NCBI GenBank assembly: GCA_963823665.1
Contig: CAWGMQ010000008.1
Span: forward strand, 256,001-320,000
Direction of reading: 5' to 3'
DNA length: 64,000 nucleotides
From: an uncultured Planctomycetota bacterium
GTDB taxonomy: Bacteria > Planctomycetota > Planctomycetia > Isosphaerales > Isosphaeraceae
In this document: positions 9,715 to 20,005 of the stretch, piece by piece
Position numbering within the stretch: the first letter of the stretch is position 1
How the letters are laid out: each line of letters starts with the position of its first letter
Notes under the pieces: model-generated
Databases searched by the model: none
What the model saw: the letters and a program-made list of their open reading frames with translations, nothing else
What the model was told of the DNA's origin: nothing
Position numbers and translations under genes: made by a program

Positions 9715-11211
9715 TTCTGTTGCGGTGCATGCTTCATGGCAGGGCTCGGCGGAACGCGATCGATCACGCTCAGGATGCGCTCGAGCTTCTTCTCGATGTC
9801 GGCCAGCCGCTTTTCATAATCCTTGTTTTCGCCTGCAGCCCGACTGAGCTTCAGACCGAGAAACGCCTGTTCCGCGGCCCTCAAATCGTTCTTCCCGTCT
9901 GCATTGGCGATCTCGCTCAGGAGCTTGGCGGCGGATACGTCCGCTTTCGCGCGCTCGGCCGCAAGTGCACGGGTCAACCGATCGACGGCCTCGCGCTGCT
10001 GCGCCGGGTCGACCGTACGGGCCTGCGACAGACTCGAATTCGGTGCGGTCTTGGGTGGTGGGCCAGCCGCGGCCGTCGGCGCGGGACGGGCGAAGGCGAC
10101 GCCGGAGTCGATCCCCGTGCCATCGGGACGGAATGAGAGGTCGACGGTGCCTTCCGGAATCTTGAGCTGTGACGTCTCCCCGGGATGAGCCCGCAGCTTC
10201 ATGGTCGGCGTTATGGCAGCGCCGTCCTTCCAGACCCTGATCTCGTACTCGAAGACCGACCCGGCGCCGGGTGCCGGTGCGCGATCCGGGGCTTGCTTCT
10301 CGGCGGGAGCAGCCGACGAGCGGGATGGATCGCTGAATGTCTGGCCGACGACAGTCGCGGCGACCAGGACGCTGATGGTCAAGAAAACGCCCAGTAGCAC
10401 GGACGACAGTTTGGTCATGATCATGGTCCTCAAAGTACTTGATACGAGAGTCGAAACGGAAGCCGAGACGGCCTTGGCCCCCGGAATGCGAGAAACCAAG
10501 CTCACGGCCGCTCGCGCGGTGGATTGAATCAGAGAATCGGGAACAAACAAGCGTGCCGCACGGGCCGCACCGGCTACCGGAAGTGCTCCGGAGAGCCCCC
10601 TGCGGCTCAATCGAACGCGAAGCCGCTCGCGGGCACGCGCCTGCCGGCTCTTCACGGTCCCCAGCGGCCAGCCCAGCGCTTGCGCTGCCTCCTGGTGCGA
10701 CTGGCATTCCAGGTCACAGAGCAAGAGCGGAAGCCGAAATCGCTCGGGCAAACGATCGATTTCCTCATGCAGGATCGAGGCATCGTCCTCGCGGTCCGCG
10801 ATCGGAGCAACCCGCGCTTCATCCGCGAACCGTGCCGCTCGCAGCTCGCGGCGCCGCCCGGGCGAGCGCCGCCGCCCTCGCACGTCGCGAGATCCGGCGG
10901 GCGACGGAAGCCAGCCAGGGACCTAGCGTCTCACACACCTTCAGCCGCCCCGCCTTGGTGGCGAGAACCAGAAAGGTCGCCTGAAACGCATCCTCGGCGT
11001 CGCTCTCGTTGCCGAGAATGGCCTTGCAGATCCGCATGACGCCGGAAGCGTGCCGCTCCACGAGCACCGCGAACGCAAGCTCGGCCGATTCCTCATCATC
11101 CTGACTCAAGAACCGCAAAAGCAGCTCGCTGTCGGCCATACCGCAGAAACTGCCCTCTTCAAAGAGAGCGCGGTAATGTCGATAAACGGGCAGCTTGCTC
11201 GAACGTCTCAT
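9711..11211 (-). CDS. ECF sigma-70 factor with TM and C-terminal extension, paralog 1 (frameshift near 10855)
   Basis: Region 2 [14 protein letters not shown] and region 4 [19 protein letters not shown]...[11 protein letters not shown], followed by a TM segment and extension. Confidence 0.88.
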
Positions 11212-11246
11212 CGCGTCATCCTCAGCCCCTCAACCGCCAGACACCC

Positions 11247-11275
11247 ATAATGCCGGCTGAAGGGCTTCGGGTTCC
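11247..11275 (-). promoter_or_regulatory. Putative ECF promoter GGAAC-N17-GCATTAT
   Basis: Same motif and spacing upstream of all three ECF paralogs. Confidence 0.65.
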
Positions 11276-11396
11276 ACGAATTCTTGCTTCCCCGAGAACG
11301 AGCGGCGGCGTTCAGTCGCAAGTTGCCCACGTGCGCTCGAGCGAATGCTGATTCCCGGCGGCGCTTACTGAGCTCAGATTCCATCGCTCACGAGGC

Positions 11397-11577
11397 GAGC
11401 CCAAATTCCTTTCCACCGCGTTTAGAAGCGGAGGCTCGATTCCTTTCCCCCGTGTGCGGAAGGGGAGCCCCAATCTCTTTCCCTCGCATCCGTAAGGAGA
11501 GTCTCAGTTCCTTGCCCCGCCTTTGAAAGGGGGCCCCAAATTCCTTTCCCCCCCTTTAGAAGGGGGGCCAGGGGGGA
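11397..11577. repeat. Array of five degenerate 33-34 bp REP-like units
   Basis: TTCCTTTCC-like cores at 11406, 11440, 11474, 11508 and 11541. The last unit is the hairpin CCCCCCTTTAGAAGGGGGG. Confidence 0.7.
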
Positions 11578-11647
11578 TGCACTGCGGCCGCCATCCCCAC
11601 AGCACCGTCGTGCAACAGATAGCGCCGGATCGTTCATTGCGATTTGG

Positions 11648-13393
11648 TCAATCCCCCGTACCCCGATATATCGCGTTTTTCAGCGCCTTGCGAATCTCAT
11701 CCGCCTTCGCTTTGTCACCTGAGGCCAGCGCGGATTTGAGTCTCTCGTTGAGAGATTTGATGGACTCCAAGAGCTTGTCCGACATAGGCTCGACCTTGAG
11801 CCCCTCGACCTTGAGCTTTTCGTACAAATCCGCCTGCTTCGCTCGTTCCGTTTTCAAGGACTCGAGTTTTTTCTTGAGCGCTCGAATAGGATCCGCGGTC
11901 TGGAGCCGCTGGCGGATCTCGGGGTATATGTCCACCCACAGCCTCTCGTATTCCAATTGCAGTTTCTTGTACTTAATCTCGGCCATCTGCCGAGCCGGGT
12001 CATTGTGCAGCAGTGAACGCACCTTGGCATTCTCTCGCTGCTCGTCCGCCAAGGCGATTTCGTCGCACAAGGCAACGACATCTCGATCTCGCTTAAATTC
12101 CTCTTGGATCTTCAGCTCCAGATCGGATTCTCGTTTTTCCTCTCCACCGGCGGCCTCTATTTCATCCTCCCTCGTTTTGAGATCCGACTCCACTTTGATA
12201 ATCTCGAGTTTATTGTCGAGCATCGCCTGAGCTAATCTATCCTGCAGTTCCACGCCGGAGTGTGAATCGACGGCGGCGCTCTTGAATTGCGTTGTACTCT
12301 TCCGAACGGAAGTGCCCCGTGGACGAAAACGCAGTTCAATCGTCCCGTCGGGAACCTCGACCTCTGAAGCGCTGTCAGCCTGTGCCTTGAGCTTCATGGT
12401 CGGCGTGATCGGTACGCCGTCCTTCCAGATCCGAATCTCATACTGGAAGACGGGCGCGGCTGCCTGCACTTTGCCCTCAGCCACGCTCGCCGGAACAGAA
12501 TCCGGCGCACCCTTTTTCCGCTCAGTTTGCCCCTGCGCCAACACGGTGGCGGCGATGCCGGCAGTGATCAAACAGACGACACCAATCGCACTGGTCAGCC
12601 TGGTCACGATCGTGGCCCTCAAGAAGTATCTCACCAAACTGGCAACCGAACCCGGCACCAACCGGACAGATTCCCCACGCGAAAGCAACCCCACGGCCGC
12701 GCGAGCCGTCGAGTGAATCAAACTCTCGGCGACTGTCGGATGAGAAGAACCGAACACTCCCACCGGCGGCACAGCTCCGTGCAAACCCCTTCGAACCAAC
12801 CTGGCTCGCAGCCGCGCTCGCGCCCGGGCTTGCCGGCTCTTCACCGTTCCCAGCCGCCACCCCAGCTTCCGCGCCGCCTCCTGCTGGGTGCAGTTCTCAA
12901 TATCGCAGAGCAGCAGAGGCAGCCGGTACCGTTCGGGCAGGCGGTCAATTTCCTCGTGCAAAATCGATGAAACCTCGGCCCGATTTGCAGATTCCGATCG
13001 TCGCCCGGCTGCAAGCGATGCGGCCCGCAGCTCGCGAGCGGTTCGAGCCAGCACCACGGCCCTCGCGCCCTTGGACACGCGATGCGCAACAGCCGAAAGC
13101 CACGGACCGAGTGATTCTCGCACCCGCAGGCCCCCGGCTTTGGTGGCCAGCACGAGAAACGTGGCCTGAAACGCATCCTCGGCATCATGCTCATTGCCCG
13201 CCGTCGCCCGGCAGATGCGCATGACGGCCCTGGCATGCCGTTCCACGATCGCCGCAAACGCCAGCTCGCCCGACTCGGCATCCTGGCTCACGAAGCGAGC
13301 GAGCAACTCGCGGTCCGAAAGCCCGGAAAAGCTCCCGGCTTCAAAGAGCACGCGATAGTGCCCCAGCACCGGCACCTTCCTCGAATGCGTCAT
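11648..13393 (-). CDS. ECF sigma-70 factor with TM and C-terminal coiled-coil extension, paralog 2
   Basis: Intact ORF with [14 protein letters not shown] and [13 protein letters not shown], a TM segment and a Glu/Lys-rich helical tail. Confidence 0.9.
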   Translation of the reverse strand: MTHSRKVPVLGHYRVLFEAGSFSGLSDRELLARFVSQDAESGELAFAAIVERHARAVMRICRATAGNEHDAEDAFQATFLVLATKAGGLRVRESLGPWLSAVAHRVSKGARAVVLARTARELRAASLAAGRRSESANRAEVSSILHEEIDRLPERYRLPLLLCDIENCTQQEAARKLGWRLGTVKSRQARARARLRARLVRRGLHGAVPPVGVFGSSHPTVAESLIHSTARAAVGLLSRGESVRLVPGSVASLVRYFLRATIVTRLTSAIGVVCLITAGIAATVLAQGQTERKKGAPDSVPASVAEGKVQAAAPVFQYEIRIWKDGVPITPTMKLKAQADSASEVEVPDGTIELRFRPRGTSVRKSTTQFKSAAVDSHSGVELQDRLAQAMLDNKLEIIKVESDLKTREDEIEAAGGEEKRESDLELKIQEEFKRDRDVVALCDEIALADEQRENAKVRSLLHNDPARQMAEIKYKKLQLEYERLWVDIYPEIRQRLQTADPIRALKKKLESLKTERAKQADLYEKLKVEGLKVEPMSDKLLESIKSLNERLKSALASGDKAKADEIRKALKNAIYRGTGD

Positions 13394-13428
13394 TGCTGTT
13401 TCCCCGACAGTCGAACCGCCAGACACCT

Positions 13429-13457
13429 ATCATGCGAGCGGAGTGGCTTCGAGTTCC
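13429..13457 (-). promoter_or_regulatory. Putative ECF promoter GGAAC-N17-GCATGAT
   Basis: gttcc at 13453-13457 and atcatgc at 13429-13435 on the + strand, 17-bp spacer. Confidence 0.65.
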
Positions 13458-13553
13458 ACGAACTCTTACCGCGGGTGACCTCGAAAAAAGCCATTCCGAC
13501 CAACTTAGGGGCATTGCCCAATCCGATGGCTAGCAGCCGCCGCTGGCCCCGGG

Positions 13554-15202
13554 CTACCTCTTGGTGCTTCCCACCCCACGGTCGACCTCGAGCTTTTCGA
13601 ACAGGTCCGCCTGCTTCGCTTGTTTCGTTTTCAAGGACTCGAGTTTTTTCTTGAGGTCGTCGATCGATTCCAATCCACGAGAAGAAACGACCGCGGTCTT
13701 GAGCCGCTCGCTGATTTGGGGGTACTTCTCTTCCCACAGCTTGTTGTATTGCAGCCTAAGCTTCCTGTAATTCTCTTCGCCCCTCTGGCGAGCCGTGTCA
13801 CTGCCCGGACGTATCAATCTTCGCGCAGCCCCTCGCTGCTCGTCCGCGTGCGCAATCTCATCGCACAGGGCAATTACGTCGGGATCCCTCTGAAATTCCT
13901 CCTGCATCTGCTGCTCCCGCTCCTTGTCGCTGACCCCCGCGTGTTCTCTTTGTACTTCTTCACTCAACCGCTTCGCATCTTCTCTCGTCTTGAGATCCGC
14001 CTCGACTTTGATGATCTCGAGTTTCGTGTCAAGCATCTCTACAGCTAGCCTGTCGAACAGATCTTCGTCCACCGAGATTAATGTCGAGAGCGCTGCCGGC
14101 CCAGGCTTCGGCGCTTTGTTCTTGAGAGAAGCTCCGCGCGGGCGGAAACGCAGCTCAACCGTCCCCTCGGGAATCTCGAATTCGGAAGGGACGTCCGCTT
14201 GCGCGGGCAGCTTCATGGTAGGGGTGATCGGGGCCCCGTCCTTGAAGATGCGGATTTCATACTGAAAGACGGGCTTGCGACCTGGTGCGGGCGAGCTTGT
14301 CGCAGCAGGATCGGGCGCGGGCTTTTTCGGCTCCGATTGGCCCTGGGCCATCACTGTGGCGGCAATTCCCGCGGTGATCAAACAGACAACGCCACACGCA
14401 TTGGTCAGCCTATTCACAATCGTGGCCCTCAAAAAGTGCCTCACCAAACGCGCAACCGAAACCGGGACCGCCAGGACAGATTCGCCTTGTGAAAGCGCAG
14501 TGGCAGCCGCCCGTGCCGTTGATTGGATCAAGCTCTCGGCGACCGTCGGATAAGCAAAGCCGGCCCCGCCCACAACCGACACGGCGCCGCCGAGGCCGCG
14601 GCGCACCAGCCTCGCCCGCAGCCGCGCTCTTGCCGCGCCTGCCGGCTCTTGACCGTTCCCAGCGCCCACCCAAGCTTCCGGGCCGCTTCCACATGGGTGC
14701 AGTTTTCAATGTCGCAGAGCAAAAGCGGCAGCCGGTACCGTTCCGGCAGACGGTCGATTTCCTCGTGGAGGATCGATGAGAACTCGGCGCAGTTCGAAGA
14801 ATCCGACTCGCGCACGGCGGCAAGCGCTGCCGCCCGCAGCTCGCGAGCCGTCCGGGCCAGCGCCACGGCCCTCGCACCCTTGGACACGCGATGCGCAACC
14901 GCCGAAAGCCACGGGCCGAGCGACTCACGCACTCGCAGGCCCCCGGCCTTGGTGGCCAGCACGAGAAACGTGGCCTGAAACGCATCTTCGGCATCATGCT
15001 CATTGCCCGCGGTTGCCCGGCAGATGCGCATCACGGCCCTGGCGTGCCGTTCCACAATCGCCGCAAACGCCAGTTCACCTGCCTCGGCGTCCTGGCTCAC
15101 AAAGCGAGCGAGCAACTCGCGGTCCGAAAGCCCAGAAAAGCTCCCGGCTTCAAAGAGCACGCGATAGTGCTCGAGCACCGGCAGCCTGCTCGATTGTCGC
15201 AT
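13554..15202 (-). CDS. ECF sigma-70 factor with TM and C-terminal coiled-coil extension, paralog 3 (frameshift near 14635)
   Basis: Sigma domain nearly identical to paralog 2. The two ORF halves join at RQAR/ARARLR. Confidence 0.88.
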
Positions 15203-15237
15203 TGTCCGTTCCTCGAATCTGCAACGGGGAGACATGT

Positions 15238-15266
15238 ATCATGCGAGCCGATGGCCAAAAAGTTCC
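15238..15266 (-). promoter_or_regulatory. Putative ECF promoter GGAAC-N17-GCATGAT
   Basis: gttcc at 15262-15266 and atcatgc at 15238-15244 on the + strand, 17-bp spacer. Confidence 0.65.
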
Positions 15267-15479
15267 ACCTTTTTCCATGATCCCGAATTTCGTTCCGAAG
15301 CTTGCCGAGCGCCCTCGGACTCGATAATTTATCGATTTCAGATTGATATTGTACGACGTGGTTCGAGACCGGGGACGACGAGAAAGGTCGTTCAGGGCTC
15401 GGCTCCTGGCGCGCTTGCGTCGACTTCCCACTCGAACACCGCTCGCCAGGACCCGTTATTTCGCGCACGAGACTGAGAC

Positions 15480-16432
15480 ATGGCCAAAGCAAGCAGACCG
15501 CGGCAAAGGCCGACCGCGAAGCCCGGGAAAGGCGTCCGCTATCGGCACGAGACCGTCGATTCACTGCACGAATATCTTCGCGTCGTGAACGAGATCAACG
15601 ACTCGTGGGACGATCCCGACAGCTTTTCGCCCGACCCGTGGTATCGCGGTGTCCGCGACGCCAGCAAGCACAAGCTGATCCCGGGTTTTTACAGACTGCC
15701 GGAGGAATTTGACTACCTTGAAGAGGACGACTATCGAGAGGAATTCATGAGAAGAGCACCTCCTTTGCTTGACGGCAGAATACCGACAGACAATTGGGAG
15801 TGGTATTTCTTGATGCAACATTACGGTCTGCCGACACGGCTCCTGGATTGGACAGAGGGATCGCTGACGGCGCTATTCTTCGCCGTCGAGGACTTTCAGG
15901 GCCTGGGAAAACCGTCCGCGGACGCCGCAGTCTGGATGCTCGACCCTTGGTACCTCAACGAATGGTCCATCAAGACCAATGAAATTCTGGTGTACACCGA
16001 CGACGACGCCTCGCCCTACTTGTCTGAGAACCCATTCGACGAGGTGGACCCGGACGACGACAAGGATTGGCAGCGGCCCGTCGCGGTGATGCCAACCTAC
16101 AAAAACAATCGGCGACTGGCCGCTCAGCGAGGCATGTTCACAATTCATGGCACTCTTCGCAAACCGCTTGAAACGATGCTTCCCGTCGCGCAAGACGGAA
16201 AGCCGCGACTCGTAAAGATCGTGATTTCCAAGAAAAGCATCCCGACGATCCAGGAGCATCTGCGCCGCACCGGGTTGACCGACGTCGTACTCTTCCCCGA
16301 ACTGCCGTCATTGGCGTTGGACATGCGACGATCATGGGAGCGCCCCTGGAACTCAAAACGTCCCGGCCAAAGCGCCGCGAAGATCCTCAGAAAACGGCAC
16401 GCAAGTTGCCTTTGCGAAGGCGGAAAAAATGA
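15480..16432 (+). CDS. FRG domain protein (ORF as read runs to 16550; probable true stop 16432 after a 1-bp indel near 16362)
   Basis: WYRG, MQHYGLPTRLLDWT, ALFFAV, RLAAQRGMFTIH, LFPEL. An alternative-frame tail ...LRRRKK* gives an ATGA overlap with the next gene. Confidence 0.85.
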
Positions 16433-17184
16433 AGCGGATCTTCCACGAAATGAACACCCCCGCCGACACCGAAGTTCGCCGCGCGCTGGCCGCCTATCAC
16501 AAGGCGAAGCACAGGGTGAAGGAAGTGCACCGCCACGAGCCCCACGATGACGAGGCCGCATCTGTCCGCGACGGATTCGAGAAGCGCGCCGGCGAGGCGG
16601 CGCAGGCCGAGCAAAAAACGCGCGACGCACTCACCAACGCCGTTGCGGCGTTCGCAGGACCCGCCCCTTGTGCCGCCATCGTTGATTCTCCCGGAGGTAG
16701 CTCGGTGATCGCCCTTTCGGGAAAGCCGGACGGACTGATCGTCGTCACCGCGGCCGATCGGGTGCCCATCAAGGAGGTGCTCTGCCGCCCGGAGCCTCCG
16801 CCCGAATTCGCCCACGTGTTTCGTCAGATCGCGCCCAATCAAGGTGCAGTCTATCTCGTCATGCAGCGTGGCGACGTGCTGGCGATCTACAACGGCGTTT
16901 ACTTTCGCTCCACCAACGAGGTGGTCGCCGATTTTCAGGAGTTGCTCCGCGCAGGATTCGAGGGCGTCTGGAGCGACGATTACGTGATCTGGTCGAACGG
17001 CCGGATCATGGCAGTCATCCACCGCTCAATGGATCGCGAGGAACAGAAGCTCTTCCTGTTCAACGAACCGCATAATGATCCAATCGCCGGCCGCACGATC
17101 GACCCGATGCCATACTGGCCGACGTACGATGAGTGGGTCGAGAACGGGCGGGGAGACCTCTGGAAGGCCGACCGGTATCCGTAA
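16429..17184 (+). CDS. Hypothetical protein
   Basis: 251-aa ORF with coding-like codon usage and no motif I recognise. Confidence 0.65.
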   Translation: MKRIFHEMNTPADTEVRRALAAYHKAKHRVKEVHRHEPHDDEAASVRDGFEKRAGEAAQAEQKTRDALTNAVAAFAGPAPCAAIVDSPGGSSVIALSGKPDGLIVVTAADRVPIKEVLCRPEPPPEFAHVFRQIAPNQGAVYLVMQRGDVLAIYNGVYFRSTNEVVADFQELLRAGFEGVWSDDYVIWSNGRIMAVIHRSMDREEQKLFLFNEPHNDPIAGRTIDPMPYWPTYDEWVENGRGDLWKADRYP

Positions 17185-17623
17185 AGCAGCCGGCCGTACT
17201 CCTGACTCTGAGGGCGGCTAGACGTCACTTCCGGCGGACAACCTTGTCCAGGGCGGCGACTCGATTCAAACTCGTCATGAAAGAACACGCCGCCCACTTG
17301 CTCTTTGGTATATCCTTGGCTCTCAAGTGAGCCTCAACTCGTGTTTGCAAAAGCGCGAAGAACCCCCCCCACCAAAGCCACGGCTCCCTGAAAAGCTCCA
17401 CAGTCACCCTTCTGTCGGTCAGTCCCAGCCTCTGGTATTCATAAACTCTGCTAAAAGTGTGTGAGGGCAGAATCAAGCAGCACCCGCGCCACGCCTGTTG
17501 TCGCGAACCCGCATCGTCATCGAGTCGGCCCGCGCGCACCTCGTTTGCCTTCCAAGTCGTGTGCCGGGCGACAGAGTCTGGCGAGACTGGCCGCGCGCAT
17601 CGCGCGAGCACAACTCGCTTTTT

Positions 17624-18631
17624 TCAACCCTTCATGCCGTAAACCACAATCTTGCGATGGCCCACGGCATAGATCGTGTCGCCATCTTCGCTGAGTGCAA
17701 GGTCATGCAGGTTCATCGGCGTCTTTTCCTGGGCGAGCGTCTTCTTGCCCGCCAGGTTGAAGAACATCAAGAACCCGTCCTTGTCGCCGCCCCCGCCGGC
17801 CAGGAGCCAGTCACCCTGCGGGTGAAATGTAAGGTTCTCGACCAGCCCCTTGAACTTGTCGCTGGCGAAGGTCTGCGTGTGCTCCCCCTTCTTCCAGTCG
17901 AAGACCTCCACCAGCGCTTTGCCATCAAGGTGATCGATATTCGAGATCTTGCCGCTGCCGCCGGCTGCGAGGAATCTTCCGTCGGGAGAAAACGCCAACG
18001 AACGGATGCCGCCGATTGAGTGCCGGCGCTGGACCGGATCCCACGTGTAGAGCTCGGGGGCCTCGAGCGTCGCGACCAACACACCCGATTCGACATCCCA
18101 GACGACAATCCGGCCGATTTTGTCAGCCGTCGCAATGTGGCGGCCGTCGGGTGAGATGGCCACCGCGTAGAGCATGGACGGAAAGTGGCTCGGTGTGAGC
18201 TCCGCATGCCCGCGCAGCTCGCGAATCAGCCGCCCGCTTGCAAGGTCCCAGAGCCGGCAAACCATGTCGTCGGCCACGCTGGCGAGAACGTTTCCGTCGG
18301 GCGTGATCGCAACGCGGCGGATCCATCGCGAATGGGCAGGAAGCTCGCGCATCTTCGAGTGCGACTCGGCGTTCCACCAGATCAACTTGCCGTCATACCC
18401 GCCTGAGACCAGCGTCGAGCCGGATAGGGCGAGGCCCGTCACATAACTGTCATGACGCCCCAGCTCCTTGGGCTCGGGCTTGGGCTGATCGAGGTCGATC
18501 TCGTAGACCGAGAAGTCCGACCCACCGCAAAAGACACGGCCCGTCCGGGGCTTTCGCGCCACCGCGAACACGATGTCGGAACGCGAAACGGTCTTGACCG
18601 CCTTGAGTTTTTCGGGATTTCCGCCGGGCAT
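17624..18631 (-). CDS. WD40 repeat protein
   Basis: GRHDSYVTGLA...SGGYDGKLIWWN, LASVADDMVCRLWD, SLAFSPDG repeats. Confidence 0.9.
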   Translation of the reverse strand: MPGGNPEKLKAVKTVSRSDIVFAVARKPRTGRVFCGGSDFSVYEIDLDQPKPEPKELGRHDSYVTGLALSGSTLVSGGYDGKLIWWNAESHSKMRELPAHSRWIRRVAITPDGNVLASVADDMVCRLWDLASGRLIRELRGHAELTPSHFPSMLYAVAISPDGRHIATADKIGRIVVWDVESGVLVATLEAPELYTWDPVQRRHSIGGIRSLAFSPDGRFLAAGGSGKISNIDHLDGKALVEVFDWKKGEHTQTFASDKFKGLVENLTFHPQGDWLLAGGGGDKDGFLMFFNLAGKKTLAQEKTPMNLHDLALSEDGDTIYAVGHRKIVVYGMKG

Positions 18632-18641
18632 TGACAGAACC

Positions 18642-19955
18642 TCAAGCGAGAACTTCGCGGACAGGCTCGGTACCTGAATCGGTAAGCGGAACAGGCCGTG
18701 CGCCGACCATGTATTCCTTCTGGTGATTGATCCCGAGTGCCTGATAAATCGTGGCGAAAAGCTGTGCCGGGCCGACCTCGCCGTCGACGACACTACGTCC
18801 GATCTTGTCGGTCTTGCCGTACACCGAGCCGCCCCGGACGCCGGCGCCCGAGAGTGTTGCACTCCAGGCCGTGGCGAAGTGATCGCGGCCCAGGCAGGGG
18901 TTGATCTCGGGCGTGCGGCCGAACTCGGCCAGGGTGATGACCAGCGTGTTCTCGAGCAAGCCGCGGGCTTTCAAGTCGTCGAGCAGCGCGGCCATGACGC
19001 GGTCCAGCTCGGGAACCATCTCCTGATGCGTCTCGAAGTTCTGCCCGTGGCTATCCCACCAGGCGCGGGCGACACGCACGAAGGGAACTCCCGCCTCGAT
19101 CAGCCGCCGCGCAACCAGCGCCTGCTCGCCGAACTGCGTGGGCCCGAACGCGTCGCGCACGGCCTGCGGCTCGTGCGAGATGTCGAAAAGCGACTCACTG
19201 GCCATGAGTCCGCGCACGCGCTGGTATGCGACGTTGTGGCTGCCCAGAACTCGCGACGACCGCCCGCGCTCAAACCGCTTGCTCAGGAATTCACGCAGCT
19301 CCGCGCGCTCACGGTGGTCGCGCTCCGAGATCTCATCGAGACGGCGAAGGTTCTCCGGGATGTTGCCGGCGGTGAGGTACATCGGCTCATAGCGCTGGCC
19401 GAGGAACCCGCCCGAGCCGGGTGCCATCATGCGGCCTTCCGTCGCCGAGTAAAAGGAAACGTAGTCGGGCACCTGGCTGTGCACCTGGCCAAGCTCGCGA
19501 GCCAGCACGGCTCCGAGATCAGGATAGCGCACGCTGGCATCGTCACGGCGGCCGTGCATCATCAGCTTGGCGCCGCCGCCGTGGTCGCCGTTCTTGGTGT
19601 TGAGCGAGCGGATGATGCAGGTGTGGTCCATCCGCTGGGCCATCATCGGCATCAGCTCGGAAATCTGGATCCCCGGAACGCTCGTCGGGATCGAGCGGAA
19701 CGGTCCGCCGGTGGGTGTGCCGGGCTTCGGGTCCCACGTCTCGAGCTGGCTCGAGCCGCCGGCCAGCCAGAGGAGGATGACTCGCTTGTCACTCCGCTTG
19801 AGCTCACCCGCCAGCGCCGGATTCTGAAGCACGTCAAGCACCGTCATGTCCGCGGCAAACGCCGCGGCGCCCGCGGCCAGCGACCCGAGGAAGCCGCGAC
19901 GATTCAACGCGTGGTCGGGCGAGCCGCAGAACTTCTGGCGAGGCATGGTCGACAT
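18642..19955 (-). CDS. DUF1501 domain protein (Tat-exported)
   Basis: NRRGFL; WLAGGSSQLETWDPKP, ARRLIEAGVPFV, WDSH, EFGRTP, GRDH. Confidence 0.92.
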   Translation of the reverse strand: MSTMPRQKFCGSPDHALNRRGFLGSLAAGAAAFAADMTVLDVLQNPALAGELKRSDKRVILLWLAGGSSQLETWDPKPGTPTGGPFRSIPTSVPGIQISELMPMMAQRMDHTCIIRSLNTKNGDHGGGAKLMMHGRRDDASVRYPDLGAVLARELGQVHSQVPDYVSFYSATEGRMMAPGSGGFLGQRYEPMYLTAGNIPENLRRLDEISERDHRERAELREFLSKRFERGRSSRVLGSHNVAYQRVRGLMASESLFDISHEPQAVRDAFGPTQFGEQALVARRLIEAGVPFVRVARAWWDSHGQNFETHQEMVPELDRVMAALLDDLKARGLLENTLVITLAEFGRTPEINPCLGRDHFATAWSATLSGAGVRGGSVYGKTDKIGRSVVDGEVGPAQLFATIYQALGINHQKEYMVGARPVPLTDSGTEPVREVLA

Positions 19956-20005
19956 GGGGTCGCTCCGGCTTGAAACAATGCGTCAGGCTAAAGCCTGACC
20001 TTTAA

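Noticed and set aside
11397..11577. CRISPR array
   Set aside because: The period is only 34 bp in total, the units are degenerate, and there are no true spacers or cas genes.
17225..17611. 128-aa minus-strand ORF
   Set aside because: The lower-GC 3' part looks like a gene remnant, but it has no credible start or recognisable motif.
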